A DNA stretch of 64,000 bases from an uncultured virus (IMG/VR IMGVR_UViG_3300011834_000039) (IMGVR_UViG_3300011834_000039); one strand, 5' to 3'. Positions 55,487 through 64,000 are shown, numbered from the stretch's first letter. Notes: a model not told the origin generated them from the letters alone. Made by a program: numbers and translations.

Positions 55487-56143
55487 TCACAAAGGTTCGA
55501 GAATTGCAATAGGCACGGTCATAGCCACTGGCCTGCCCATAATCGAAACCTCAATCACAACCAGACCGTTGCCTTTTGTTCCACCCGAAACCAGTTCTGC
55601 ACGGCAACCGGCAAAAGGACCGTCGGCCACACGTGCCCATTTCACCCCGATAAACTTCCGGTGAAAATGCTCGTAATCATATTTACCATCTTCGGCTTTC
55701 GCTTTGAAAAGATATACCTTTTCGGCACTGACCAGAAATGGCGCTTCATATCCACCAAGGATCGAAACGACGTGATCGAAACTCAACAGACCGGCAAGGC
55801 ATTCGTTCAAAACTGCACAGCGTACAAGCACGTAACCATTCATGACGGGCTGCTGCTTGGCCGGAATGACTCGATGCTGTCGACGAAGCACCGGCCCCAT
55901 TTTCATGGGGACAAGTACTTCGATATTTTCTTTTTCGAGCGCTTCCCGCACCGAAAGTTCGCGTCCTGACACCACCTGTAGCACCAGCCAAGGAGAATCA
56001 TCGCCCACGCGATTCGCAGCCGCCGCCCTCATTCGAGCGACCCTGCGACGCTCAGCCAGCACCTTGTCGATAGCGCAAGCCTGCTCGAATGTCGGCTGTC
56101 TGGTGATAGCATCTGCAATCTGCTTTGCGTCAATTGCCATCAT
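55487..56143 (-). CDS. NusG-family transcription antiterminator (late regulator)
   Basis: NGN 'W.VLQV.SGRE...P...GYVLV' and KOW 'RVADGPFAG'. Confidence 0.9.
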   Translation of the reverse strand: MMAIDAKQIADAITRQPTFEQACAIDKVLAERRRVARMRAAAANRVGDDSPWLVLQVVSGRELSVREALEKENIEVLVPMKMGPVLRRQHRVIPAKQQPVMNGYVLVRCAVLNECLAGLLSFDHVVSILGGYEAPFLVSAEKVYLFKAKAEDGKYDYEHFHRKFIGVKWARVADGPFAGCRAELVSGGTKGNGLVVIEVSIMGRPVAMTVPIAILEPL

Positions 56144-57302
56144 TTTCACCCAATCCCCTCAGTGCGATTTCGAAACCGTTCAAACCCTCCGGCCCACCAG
56201 CCGGGAAATATGCCCACTCGGCGTTTCCGGGATCCGGGAACCATGGCCAACCCTGCTGGCTGTGAAAATCGGCCCACGCCTTCCATTCGTCGCCGCCAAC
56301 GCGAACCTGCACGAGCAAATCCTTAATCGCCTGCAGGCGAGCTGGAACAAGCGCACCGCGCCCACCGGCTGCGCGCTCGAAAAGCTCATTCACTGCTGGA
56401 AAGCCCTGCTTGGCCTGCTTGTCGTGCAGCAGATATTCCTCGGAATAGCGCCCACTCTCCACCAAGCCACGTTCGATCTGGGTCAGGCCAACAACACGGG
56501 TGGGGCCGTTCAGCAAAAGCTCATAGACCCTTGCACCCCACATCTTGCCCAAAGGCGCTGCCTGCGCAGATCCGGTCTGCTCTACCGTCGCCTTGGCTGG
56601 CAGCTTCTCCCAGCGTCTTTCGCGAAGATAAACCGCATAGGAGCAAACCAGCTTCCGGCCCGTCGCCTTTGCAGCCTCGACGTAGCGCGCAGCCTCGTCG
56701 ACTGCGGCTTGACGTTCCTCTGGCGTCAGAGACAGCCAGACGCGGAAAGCCTCAGGCTCGCTATCGGAAATCGCCGTAGGCCAACCATGGAAACCACGCT
56801 TGAACGAACGCTCGACAGATTTCCGGCTTTCCCTTCCATCGTCCTCATTCTCGCGCGCTCTCTCACCTAATGGTTTATCTAATGGTTCTATTACGGTTTG
56901 GGTGACACCGTGACACCCGTCGGCGTCGTCAATGTCACCCGTCGGTGCTTCCGTTGTCACGGGTGACACCGTGACACCCGTGACACCATGACACCCGTCG
57001 ACAGCAGGTTTTCCCGCCTGCAAATTGTCCAATGCCCGCATATCGAAATCGTACCGCGTGGCCTGCCCCGGTCGCCCGCCGCCCTCGGCCACGACGATCA
57101 GCAACCCTTCATCGACGAAGTCGCGCAGAAGACGCTGCACCGTGCGCTCGGATAGCTCCGTTTCAAGCGCAAGCCGTCCAACTGTAGGCCAGATCCCGCG
57201 CCCGTCATCGTCCGCGAAATCTGCCAGACGGATCGCGAGCATCTTGCGGCTGGGAGATCCAAGTTGCGCCTTGAACAGGCGCGACATGACAGCGATGCTC
57301 AT
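56130..57302 (-). CDS. Replication initiator (N-terminal HTH, lambda O-like)
   Basis: 'LADFADDDG..IWP.V..LA.ETELSERTVQR.L'; internal iterons. Confidence 0.85.
   Translation of the reverse strand: MSIAVMSRLFKAQLGSPSRKMLAIRLADFADDDGRGIWPTVGRLALETELSERTVQRLLRDFVDEGLLIVVAEGGGRPGQATRYDFDMRALDNLQAGKPAVDGCHGVTGVTVSPVTTEAPTGDIDDADGCHGVTQTVIEPLDKPLGERARENEDDGRESRKSVERSFKRGFHGWPTAISDSEPEAFRVWLSLTPEERQAAVDEAARYVEAAKATGRKLVCSYAVYLRERRWEKLPAKATVEQTGSAQAAPLGKMWGARVYELLLNGPTRVVGLTQIERGLVESGRYSEEYLLHDKQAKQGFPAVNELFERAAGGRGALVPARLQAIKDLLVQVRVGGDEWKAWADFHSQQGWPWFPDPGNAEWAYFPAGGPEGLNGFEIALRGLGENDGN
56901..57000. repeat. Iterons (replication origin) inside the initiator gene
   Basis: TGACACC at 56903, 56911, 56964, 56972, 56981, 56989; inverted TGTCAC at 56933 and 56955. 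Confidence 0.85.
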
Positions 57303-57958
57303 TGTGCTGCCTCCAGATACTCAGCGGCAGGCAAACGCCCCCACTGGTCAGCCATAGCGGCTGCAATGCCTGTGAAAAACCGGCTGCGCTCGCGCCAACG
57401 GTCAGGACCTGGCGCCATACGATGCACGCGCGCCTCCCTGCCCTCGACGATGTCGGTCGCTGTCAACGGCGGAAGGTTACGCAGCCAGAAGCAGGTGCGC
57501 TTGACCTCACCATGGCCAAATTGCCAAGGATGGACGCTTTGGGCAGGCGGCGCATAGTTTGTGATGCGCGATTTTGCATGCTTGTGCATGACAGGATTTT
57601 CGACGCAAACGCGGTGAATGGGAGCGTTCCAGAACGTTGAAAACAGCTCTGCCGCCTCATCCAGCTCGCGCCAGATCTGCTCGACCGTCTTGCCACGCGG
57701 GGGCACCGTCAGCCAGCGAACGCCGGAATTGCAAAGCCGCGTGCATGGAGGATGCGCAACAATCAACAGATCCCAGCCATCATGGAGCAGATCCCGCGCA
57801 TCACCGACAATATGCCGGTTTGTCCTGTCCTCAGCAGGTAGAAGATCGCACGACCATGCATCATGTCCCGCGTCGAGGAACGCATTGCGTACGGTGCCGG
57901 AAAACTCACAAGCCACGAGAACGCGCAACGGTTTTATCGTGCCAGAATTTGTCGTCAT
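57299..57958 (-). CDS. Compact C5-cytosine methyltransferase-like protein
   Basis: 'VLVACEFSG', 'SCD', 'GD', 'HPPCT' (IV), 'ENP' (VI), 'K.T.FW' (VIII). Confidence 0.72.
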   Translation of the reverse strand: MTTNSGTIKPLRVLVACEFSGTVRNAFLDAGHDAWSCDLLPAEDRTNRHIVGDARDLLHDGWDLLIVAHPPCTRLCNSGVRWLTVPPRGKTVEQIWRELDEAAELFSTFWNAPIHRVCVENPVMHKHAKSRITNYAPPAQSVHPWQFGHGEVKRTCFWLRNLPPLTATDIVEGREARVHRMAPGPDRWRERSRFFTGIAAAMADQWGRLPAAEYLEAAQ

Positions 57959-58748
57959 TACCCCACCCTCAGCCACGCCTCAAAATCGGCGCGCAAATCG
58001 CCCCACCGATCTGCTGCAGCGGCATCGCTATTCAGTTCTTTTCTTGATTTGATCCGCAGGACGGCGCGCAATGCATCTGCGGCAGCATCTGCCGTCAGAG
58101 GCCCCTCAGCGCCGTGCCGTTCTTCCAGATAGATCCGGAAGGAAGCCTGATCGCATTTCATGGCAGCTTCCGCCGCGAAGTCCTTCGAAACACGCTGCTT
58201 TTGCTGGATCGGCGCGGACTTACGTGATGCCGCAATTGCGCGGTCGACAAGCCCCAGCAAAAACCCGACCATATCCGGCGCGTTGACCAGAAAATCGATT
58301 TCATCCGGCGTTGCTACGGGATGAAAACCCGCAATTTCGATCAACTCGCCATTACGAGTTTTAGCTTCGACAAACGTCCTGTTGTCGACACAGCAAAGCT
58401 GCCAGCGGGCACCATCAAGCGCTCTAAACCGGTCCCGAATTTTTCGGAGTTCTACAGCCTCTGCACTCATGGCGTCGCCTGACCCGCGATGAGCAGCAAC
58501 TGCCCCTCGGCATGCTTGAGCGCTGCACCTTTCAGGCTTCCCCTGTGGCGCGTCTGATGCATGGCAGCATAGAAACAAGCGAGATATTCGGCCCCTGCCG
58601 AGAAGCCGTGCCGTTCACACGAACTTTCCAGAACCGATCTGTATTTCAACATGATGGCTATCGGGCAGAGCAAAAGGATCTCAGCGCGCTCGGCGTCTGT
58701 GCCAGCATCGTGCATTGCGCGCAGAATGGGTAGCATCGTGTCACTCAT
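57958..58748 (-). CDS. Two hypothetical genes (58467-58748, 57958-58470)
   Basis: ATGA-coupled ORFs in the replication operon. Confidence 0.65.
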
Positions 58749-59431
58749 GCTGCCTCGCCCAACGGTACAATGATTGCTGGATCAGCTTCGATGCAAGCAC
58801 GAGCGCGCAAAGTCCAGCAAATGCCGCGCGTTAAATCTCTCCCATTGGCAAGCCATCGCAAGGCATTAATCATGCTCGCGTTTGTGGGGCGCTTTCCGAC
58901 CGGAATGGCCAACAAATTGCACAGATCGCGCAATTCCTCGTGCCAGAGAATTTGAAGCGCGGTGTCAGGCAGTGGAGCAAAATGCGCTTGCTGAGGGGTT
59001 TTCCATTTATCAAGCCAGTCATAGCCCCTGTTCATAGCCCGCGATTTTTGCGGGTAGCACCAAATATTGCTGGCATGTTTATAATGTTCTGGCCAATCGT
59101 ACCGAAAATATGCGCCGTCCCGCTCGAAATGGGCTGCATGCATATTGGTCGGATATTCAACGAGGAATTTCTCGTGCAACACGGCGAGCGCATGATGCGA
59201 GACGCGCTGCATAGCGTTCATCTGGCTATCGAGCCGATCAAGCTTGTCTTTGGCCGACTTGATTTCAACCGCGATGATTTCAGCACGGTCTACTGCCATC
59301 ACATCAATGCGGTTTCCGCCAAAAGAGGCATTAATTTCGTGGATGATGCGCGCGTCTGGTCGATGCTGGCGCAAAAAGGCCACAACAGCGTCACGAATTT
59401 CACCCTCTGCAGAGGATCGATAAGCGGGCAT
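58745..59431 (-). CDS. PD-(D/E)XK nuclease-like protein (sce7726/MmcB-like)
   Basis: 'HE...RIDV.AV.....AVEIKS..D.L.RL..Q'. Confidence 0.72.
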   Translation of the reverse strand: MPAYRSSAEGEIRDAVVAFLRQHRPDARIIHEINASFGGNRIDVMAVDRAEIIAVEIKSAKDKLDRLDSQMNAMQRVSHHALAVLHEKFLVEYPTNMHAAHFERDGAYFRYDWPEHYKHASNIWCYPQKSRAMNRGYDWLDKWKTPQQAHFAPLPDTALQILWHEELRDLCNLLAIPVGKRPTNASMINALRWLANGRDLTRGICWTLRARACIEADPAIIVPLGEAA

Positions 59432-60738
59432 TATTCAGCCCTCCCATCGACTTCATATCCCCATACATCCCAGCCGGGGCGCTTGCGGCGCGCGTTCAAT
59501 TCCAGCTTTGGGAGATCCGGATAAAATTTCTCGATCTGCTCGGCGAAATACTCCGGCTTGGCGGAGTGTTCGCCCTTCTTTTCGACATAGACCGTCGGCG
59601 GCAGCATTTCCGGCAACGGACACGCGACCTCGCCGCGCCGTCCGATCAGCAGTAGTTCATGCCGGTCCCTGCCCCAATAGCCGGTGCCGATATCGACCTT
59701 GTCCCAAACCCAGTGATGCACATAGGTGAAGCCGCAAGCCTGCATAACCCGAAGCGAATCCAGCAACATCGGATTTGTAGCCCAAAGGAACAGTACAGCA
59801 GGATGACTACCACCGATCAGCTCCACCATCTGGGCGACAATTTCGTCGGTGGTCATCGTCGGATAGTGATTCTCGGCACTCTTTTCGCGCCCTGTCACTT
59901 CCGAATGAACCTGAAATTTCCATGCCGGATCTGCATAATACACCGGATAGAGCCGATCCAGCTTTGCCGGTGCCGTCGCCTTACCGCGCTCGGCGGTCAG
60001 TGCCATTTCCGTAAGTCTGACAGCGTGGCGCACCTTCTGTTGCTGGGCGCGAATGCTCTTGTTCTCGACTTTGATGCGCTTTTCTTCCGCCAGCGCACCC
60101 TCGACCCACGCAATTTGCGCAACATCCGACGGCAGAGCCTTGAGGCGATCCAGCGTAACTCCATTATCGAGCCGGGTGCCCCGCAGCTTGTCGAGCGCCG
60201 CCTTGCAGATCTTCTCGCCGCGCTCGGCATCACGTCGAATGCTTCGTTCCGGCTTTCCCGTCAGCTCTGCTGTGGCGGCTACAAAGCTCTTGCGTTCCGA
60301 CCGGTCGACCAAGTGGCCAACTTGGCCGCTTGATTTGCGGTCGCCACCGTGTCCCGTTTCCGGGTATTTCAGGAGGTAAAGTTCCTTGCGCCGGAAAACA
60401 AACATGGCGCGATCAGCTGGCGTCAGTTCGGCACGGGCAAGATTCTCGTCGATCTCCCAAAGCTCGGCATCGAGCGCGCTTTCTTTTCGCACAAATGCCG
60501 AGATTTCCTCCCAGCCTATGGCAAGCGCAGCAGCCACCCGGTGGGCACCCGCCGACAAAATGTAAGGCGATGCGCCCTTGCGTTTGCTGTCGTTTGCCCG
60601 GACCGTGATCGGCGTCCGCAAACCCAGCTCAGCGAAGGAGGGCTTCAACGCCTCAACCTTCGCCGGATCCACATCGCGCAGGCGCTTGCCCGTATCGATA
60701 TCGGCTATCCGGATCATTTCAGGTAATAGCGCGTCCAT
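59431..60738 (-). CDS. ParB-like N-terminal domain fused to an MT-A70 methyltransferase
   Basis: 'L..S....GL..PI.V...L.AGAHR..A', 'EIDENL.R.EL'; 'ADPAW', 'HYPTM', 'LFLW', 'G.GYW.R', 'HS.KP'. Confidence 0.88.
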   Translation of the reverse strand: MDALLPEMIRIADIDTGKRLRDVDPAKVEALKPSFAELGLRTPITVRANDSKRKGASPYILSAGAHRVAAALAIGWEEISAFVRKESALDAELWEIDENLARAELTPADRAMFVFRRKELYLLKYPETGHGGDRKSSGQVGHLVDRSERKSFVAATAELTGKPERSIRRDAERGEKICKAALDKLRGTRLDNGVTLDRLKALPSDVAQIAWVEGALAEEKRIKVENKSIRAQQQKVRHAVRLTEMALTAERGKATAPAKLDRLYPVYYADPAWKFQVHSEVTGREKSAENHYPTMTTDEIVAQMVELIGGSHPAVLFLWATNPMLLDSLRVMQACGFTYVHHWVWDKVDIGTGYWGRDRHELLLIGRRGEVACPLPEMLPPTVYVEKKGEHSAKPEYFAEQIEKFYPDLPKLELNARRKRPGWDVWGYEVDGRAE

Positions 60739-60849
60739 GTCACCGCCCCGCAAGAAACAGAAAGAAGATGAGAAAAGCCGCGACTGGTGACTCAGCAACC
60801 AACGCGGCACAAACGATCAGCGCGACCTCGCGCGGCTGGAAACGAGCGG

Positions 60850-61116
60850 TCATGGACCGATCCGCCGAAGCGGCTCCCTGCCATGCATCTTGCGAAAATC
60901 GTCGCGCAGCTCGGCCAGCTTTTCCCAGCCGGTGACCTGCCAGCGTCCATCAAACCGCTTGATGGCAAAGCGATTGCCCTTGCGCCGAACCTCGACGCCA
61001 AACCCAAGCAGTTCATATTGCGTGGCATCAAAACTGGATCTGGCACCGGATTCGAAGCGACGAGGCCCGCCATTTGCAGCCAACCATTGCTCTACGAGTG
61101 AGGAAACAGCGGTCAT
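60850..61116 (-). CDS. Hypothetical protein
   Basis: ATGA-coupled to the cII-like gene. Confidence 0.65.
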   Translation of the reverse strand: MTAVSSLVEQWLAANGGPRRFESGARSSFDATQYELLGFGVEVRRKGNRFAIKRFDGRWQVTGWEKLAELRDDFRKMHGREPLRRIGP

Positions 61117-61589
61117 TTTCCTGCCTCCAGACGCAGCAATACGTCCTCCAGCGCTCGGATCGCCTCGCGTACTTCCTTGGTGATTTCCCGCTTTTCACCC
61201 GCGTCAATGCGTCCATCTTCCAGCGCCGTAACGATGGATTTCGAAACGTCCATCGTCTCGGACATGACGCGGTGTGCATCCATTTCCGTGAGGGGCACAT
61301 TGTCGGGGGCTTTCATAGCCCCGGATGTTGCCGGGACAAGTTCATATCCGAGCAATCCGGCTGCGGCCTTTATGATCGTCGGTGTTTTCGCACGCCGGTC
61401 GACCTCGACCGCGACATCAATCGGCATGAAGCTGTCGGCATGTTCTTCGCCAAACGATGCGTACTTGGAAAGCGTCGACACGCCGACACGGGTAAAGGGC
61501 ACGATGCAGGAAATGCCGCCCGACAGCATGTATGCGCCATCGGTAGCAGACTTGAGGGAACGCTGTTCTTGCTCGGAAATTGTGCGCAC
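61113..61589 (-). CDS. CII-like phage regulatory protein
   Basis: 'GG.....FTRV..S.LS.Y...F.P.DV', 'ALEDG.ID..E...I'; downstream of cro. Confidence 0.75.
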   Translation of the reverse strand: MRTISEQEQRSLKSATDGAYMLSGGISCIVPFTRVGVSTLSKYASFGEEHADSFMPIDVAVEVDRRAKTPTIIKAAAGLLGYELVPATSGAMKAPDNVPLTEMDAHRVMSETMDVSKSIVTALEDGRIDAGEKREITKEVREAIRALEDVLLRLEAGK

Positions 61590-61722
61590 GGAAACACCCC
61601 TGAAAATTTCAAGGAAAAAAGTTCGTCAAAGGATTCGATGAAGTTGGTCAGCCCAGCCGGTACGACTGAGAAATCAGATTAACCAGGTGGCCCACAGGCT
61701 GAGGAAACGACCGATGAAGTCA

Positions 61723-62262
61723 TTACACCGCACTCCCCAGAACAGAGGATGCCGGGGCGCGTCCGGCGTCGTCCTTACGGCGCGCCCCGACATTTACGCC
61801 CGATGGGAGGATATCAGGCGATTTCGAAACATCGGGGAGCACAGCAGAAGTATGAAATGCTGCACCCCCCTCACCGCCCGAGCCGGAGAAGTCGGGCGAT
61901 TGGAAACTGGTTGCAGGAGCGGGATTCGAACCCGCGACCTGTTGGGTATGAACCAACTGAGCTACCGCTGCTCTATCCTGCGACAAAGAAGCTGGAGCGT
62001 CCGAGGGCGGCAGGGACGCTCCAGCATCGCCCGCAGAGGAACATGCGGGCGATACGAGAGGCGGACCAAAAACATCAGGGCGTAAAAGGTGACGGGAGAT
62101 ACCCGTCAGGCGCTCTACTTCCAATACGCGCTCCGGCGGCACGACAAACCACTGGTTTACCGCTTGAGGTGTAATGCGAAGCGCACGTGCCAATGAGCTG
62201 GCACCTTCTGCCCGTTCTTTAGCGGCCTCTAGGGCCTGATGCATTTCGTTTTTGTCAGCCAT
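61723..62262 (-). CDS. cro: Cro/YdaS-family HTH regulator with long low-complexity extension
   Basis: 'G.S.LARAL.ITPQAV.QW..VP.ERV..VE..TG.SRH.LRPD.FG'; divergent from cI. Confidence 0.88.
   Translation of the reverse strand: MADKNEMHQALEAAKERAEGASSLARALRITPQAVNQWFVVPPERVLEVERLTGISRHLLRPDVFGPPLVSPACSSAGDAGASLPPSDAPASLSQDRAAVAQLVHTQQVAGSNPAPATSFQSPDFSGSGGEGGAAFHTSAVLPDVSKSPDILPSGVNVGARRKDDAGRAPASSVLGSAV
61908..61982 (-). tRNA. tRNA-Met(CAT), initiator-like, with encoded CCA
   Basis: Full 75-nt cloverleaf: CGCAGGA/TCCTGCA (C1xA72), D stem GAGC/GCTC, anticodon stem GTTGG/CCAAC with loop TTCATAC, T arm GCGGG-TTCGAAT-CCCGC, ACCA. Confidence 0.95.
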
Positions 62263-62270
62263 GCTGATTT

Positions 62271-62307
62271 TTAAAGCATAGCTTTCATTGCAATGCAAGG
62301 AATTCTT
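62271..62307 (-). promoter_or_regulatory. cro promoter and operators
   Basis: Minus strand CTTGCA-N17-CTTTAA; AAG-N5-CTT palindromes at 62274-62284 and 62297-62307. Confidence 0.65.
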
Positions 62308-62309
62308 AA

Positions 62310-63041
62310 ATGGACGAAATTATCCACATTGAGTCACATCCCAATATGGATGAGACACAACTCGCTCTGAAAATCGGAACGGCTTTGCGGACTGCTAGAA
62401 AGCAGCGCGGCCTTGTCATGCGCGACATCGCACAGGCTGCGGGCGTGAGCACAGGTGCCGTGGGCAACTGGGAACGCGGCGCAAATGTCATGTCGATGGA
62501 AAACTTGCAGGCCGTGGCGAGCTATCTTGAGATTGACCCCATCGCACTTAGCAAAGGCGATGTGAAATTCTTATCCGAGACGCAGCCGGTCTCGGATGCT
62601 GAAATAATCTCGGATGCTGGCCACATTGACACCGGCCCACTTGATGTAGAGATCCTTGGCGTTGCAGTCGGCGGCGACGACGGTGACTTCACTCTTAATG
62701 GAGAAGTCTCTGGATACGCACGTCGCCCAGCAGGGATCGCGCACCTTAGAAAAGTATTTGCACTTCATGTTCTTAGCGACAGCATGGTTCCCCGGTATGA
62801 ACCCGGAGAACTGCTATATTGCGGCGGACGTGACGCCGTTTCTGGAGACGATGTAGTCATCGAAATGTTTCCAGAGCAAGGCGAAACCGTCGGCAAAGCA
62901 TACATCAAAAGACTAGTGAAACGCTCGAAAACCGAAATTGTCTGCAAGCAGTACAACCCTGCAAAAGAACTTATCTTCGATCCATACGCCATCAAGAATA
63001 TGTGGCGCGTGATACCTACGCGCGAGCTTCTCGGCTATTGA
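62310..63041 (+). CDS. cI: CI repressor (XRE HTH + S24 peptidase)
   Basis: HTH 'LR.AR..RGL...DIA...GVS..AVGNWERG'; 'AVGG'; 'DSMVP' Ser; 'IKRL' Lys. Confidence 0.93.
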   Translation: MDEIIHIESHPNMDETQLALKIGTALRTARKQRGLVMRDIAQAAGVSTGAVGNWERGANVMSMENLQAVASYLEIDPIALSKGDVKFLSETQPVSDAEIISDAGHIDTGPLDVEILGVAVGGDDGDFTLNGEVSGYARRPAGIAHLRKVFALHVLSDSMVPRYEPGELLYCGGRDAVSGDDVVIEMFPEQGETVGKAYIKRLVKRSKTEIVCKQYNPAKELIFDPYAIKNMWRVIPTRELLGY

Positions 63042-63297
63042 TTGCATAAGCTTCTGCATAAATTCGAGCAGTTGAACTGACGTACGTTGGGTTCAGGCTA
63101 ATGTTGCGCCCTGGCAACCCTTCATCCCGGCAACCAGCACAAAATAACTTTAGTCCCAACTGACGAATCGTCGTTTTGGGACCTATGCCAACACGATACA
63201 AATCGTGAGGCTTACGCCATCTGATACGCCCGCAATCTGCACACTCGATCTCAATTACCGACGTAGATCCTACGGTTGGCTCCTGCACACAAGACAT
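63016..63297 (-). CDS. Zn-ribbon protein convergent on cI
   Basis: 'CADC...L.C.GC'; overlaps the cI 3' end by 26 nt. Confidence 0.72.
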   Translation of the reverse strand: MSCVQEPTVGSTSVIEIECADCGRIRWRKPHDLYRVGIGPKTTIRQLGLKLFCAGCRDEGLPGRNISLNPTYVSSTARIYAEAYAINSREARA

Positions 63298-63312
63298 TCC
63301 ACAAACCACCCT

Positions 63313-63327
63313 GTTCTAATTTTGTTC
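63313..63327. promoter_or_regulatory. Alphaproteobacterial LexA (SOS) box
   Basis: GTTC-TAATTTT-GTTC, exact GTTC-N7-GTTC, 16-30 nt upstream of the ATG at 63297. Confidence 0.8.
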
Positions 63328-63383
63328 TCACTATTGATTCTTTTTTCCGCCTTGTCGAATCGATTCTCACTTTTATAATTTTA

Positions 63384-63420
63384 AAGTATTGCTTGCATTT
63401 TGTTGAAAGCGGTGCTTTAT
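63384..63420 (+). promoter_or_regulatory. pL-like promoter with operators
   Basis: CTTGCA-N17-CTTTAT; AAG-N5-CTT at 63384-63394 and 63407-63417, mirroring the cro promoter. Confidence 0.65.
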
Positions 63421-63468
63421 TTTTGCCATCCGATCTGAACCAGCTCAGACGTCGAAAGGATGGAAACC

Positions 63469-63699
63469 ATGATCCAGTATCAATCAGCACCAATTACCAC
63501 TGCAGCTCCTAGCTGCACCCAGAACATCATCGGCAAACTTGCCGATGCGATGCGGGAAATGGCTTTTTCCGGCCAGAACGTCACACCTGAAACGCTGGAA
63601 AGCCACGGGTTTACCCGTGAGGTTGTAGAGCGCTATGGCGCCCGCGCCACCGCCCTCGCCCGCCGCCGCTCAATCCGCAGGATCGAACGCTACATCTAA
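63469..63699 (+). CDS. Hypothetical early protein
   Basis: AAGGA RBS; first gene after the pL-like promoter. Confidence 0.7.
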   Translation: MIQYQSAPITTAAPSCTQNIIGKLADAMREMAFSGQNVTPETLESHGFTREVVERYGARATALARRRSIRRIERYI

Positions 63700-63748
63700 G
63701 TAGCGCCGGTCCTTCCAGATCGTGGAGGGTGGCATGGTAAAAAACAGC

Positions 63749-64000
63749 TCAGCTAAAAACGAGACGGTAAAGCCCGAAGCAAAACAGGCCGATGCCGACA
63801 AGGCTAAGTGTCGTTCCGACAATCGTGAACCTGTGCGGGTTGCCCGTGATGGTGCCGACTGGCCTTCCAAAGTCATCGGAGTAGATCGACTGCTGTATCT
63901 GACGATTCCGCATTTGTCCTACGCCATACAGGATCATGCCAAGGGCAATCAAAAAGGCGTTCTTATCGCTTGCGACAATGGATGGAACGCCCATCGCAAC
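63749..64000 (-). CDS. Membrane protein (probably 5'-truncated by the window edge)
   Basis: Two hydrophobic segments; frame open to the edge. Confidence 0.45.
   Translation of the reverse strand, partial: VAMGVPSIVASDKNAFLIALGMILYGVGQMRNRQIQQSIYSDDFGRPVGTITGNPHRFTIVGTTLSLVGIGLFCFGLYRLVFS

Larger units (their letters stand above)
28400..64000 (-). mobile_element. Prophage 2 (myovirus: lambda-like head, P2-like tail), continues off the right edge
   Basis: Ordered lysis-tail-head-terminase-cos-late regulator-replication-cII-cro-cI; left boundary uncertain (28400-31000). Confidence 0.92.

Noticed and set aside
55842..56870. 342-aa + strand ORF and similar 200-330 aa antisense ORFs (3847-4617, 47585-48568, 52820-53710)
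   Set aside because: Opposite well-supported genes, with no motifs or RBS
63734..64000. + strand ORF after GGAGGG running off the edge
   Set aside because: Fully antisense to a plausible membrane-protein ORF and truncated; cannot decide from this window

Overview
The window holds two different, similarly oriented temperate prophages joined end to end, with no recognisable host gene between them. The host is probably an alphaproteobacterium (Rhizobiales/Brucellaceae-like), inferred from a GTTC-N7-GTTC LexA box, an HWE kinase and promoter style. Prophage 1 (about 1-28300; late genes lie off-window to the left) shows its early region: primase-helicase, SF2 helicase, its own sliding clamp, SSB/AAA/nuclease recombination genes, three DNA methyltransferases, cI with ATACG-N5-CGTAT operators, many small genes and a tyrosine integrase. 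A moron block (YfbU, Zn-finger protein, HNH protein; 28593-30987) follows an att-like junction. Prophage 2 (about 28400 to beyond 64000) has a lysis cassette, P2-like contractile tail, lambda-like cos/terminase/portal head, NusG-type late regulator, replication initiator with iterons, and cII/cro/cI. Most notable: (i) 12 prophage-1 proteins carry hard-coded (A)NDN motifs, mostly C-terminal and often ending in AA/VA/LA, that mimic the alphaproteobacterial tmRNA degradation tag; (ii) an ACACGAGGA extended-RBS motif occurs 12 times, only in prophage 1 - (i) and (ii) together suggest an undescribed translation-plus-proteolysis control layer; (iii) a cytosine methyltransferase is split over two overlapping frames with four WxTP repeats; (iv) a variant initiator tRNA lies inside the cro ORF; (v) a LexA-boxed Zn-ribbon gene converges on cI; (vi) the major capsid protein starts with a signal-peptide-like segment. 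All calls come from reading motifs by eye; no searches were run.
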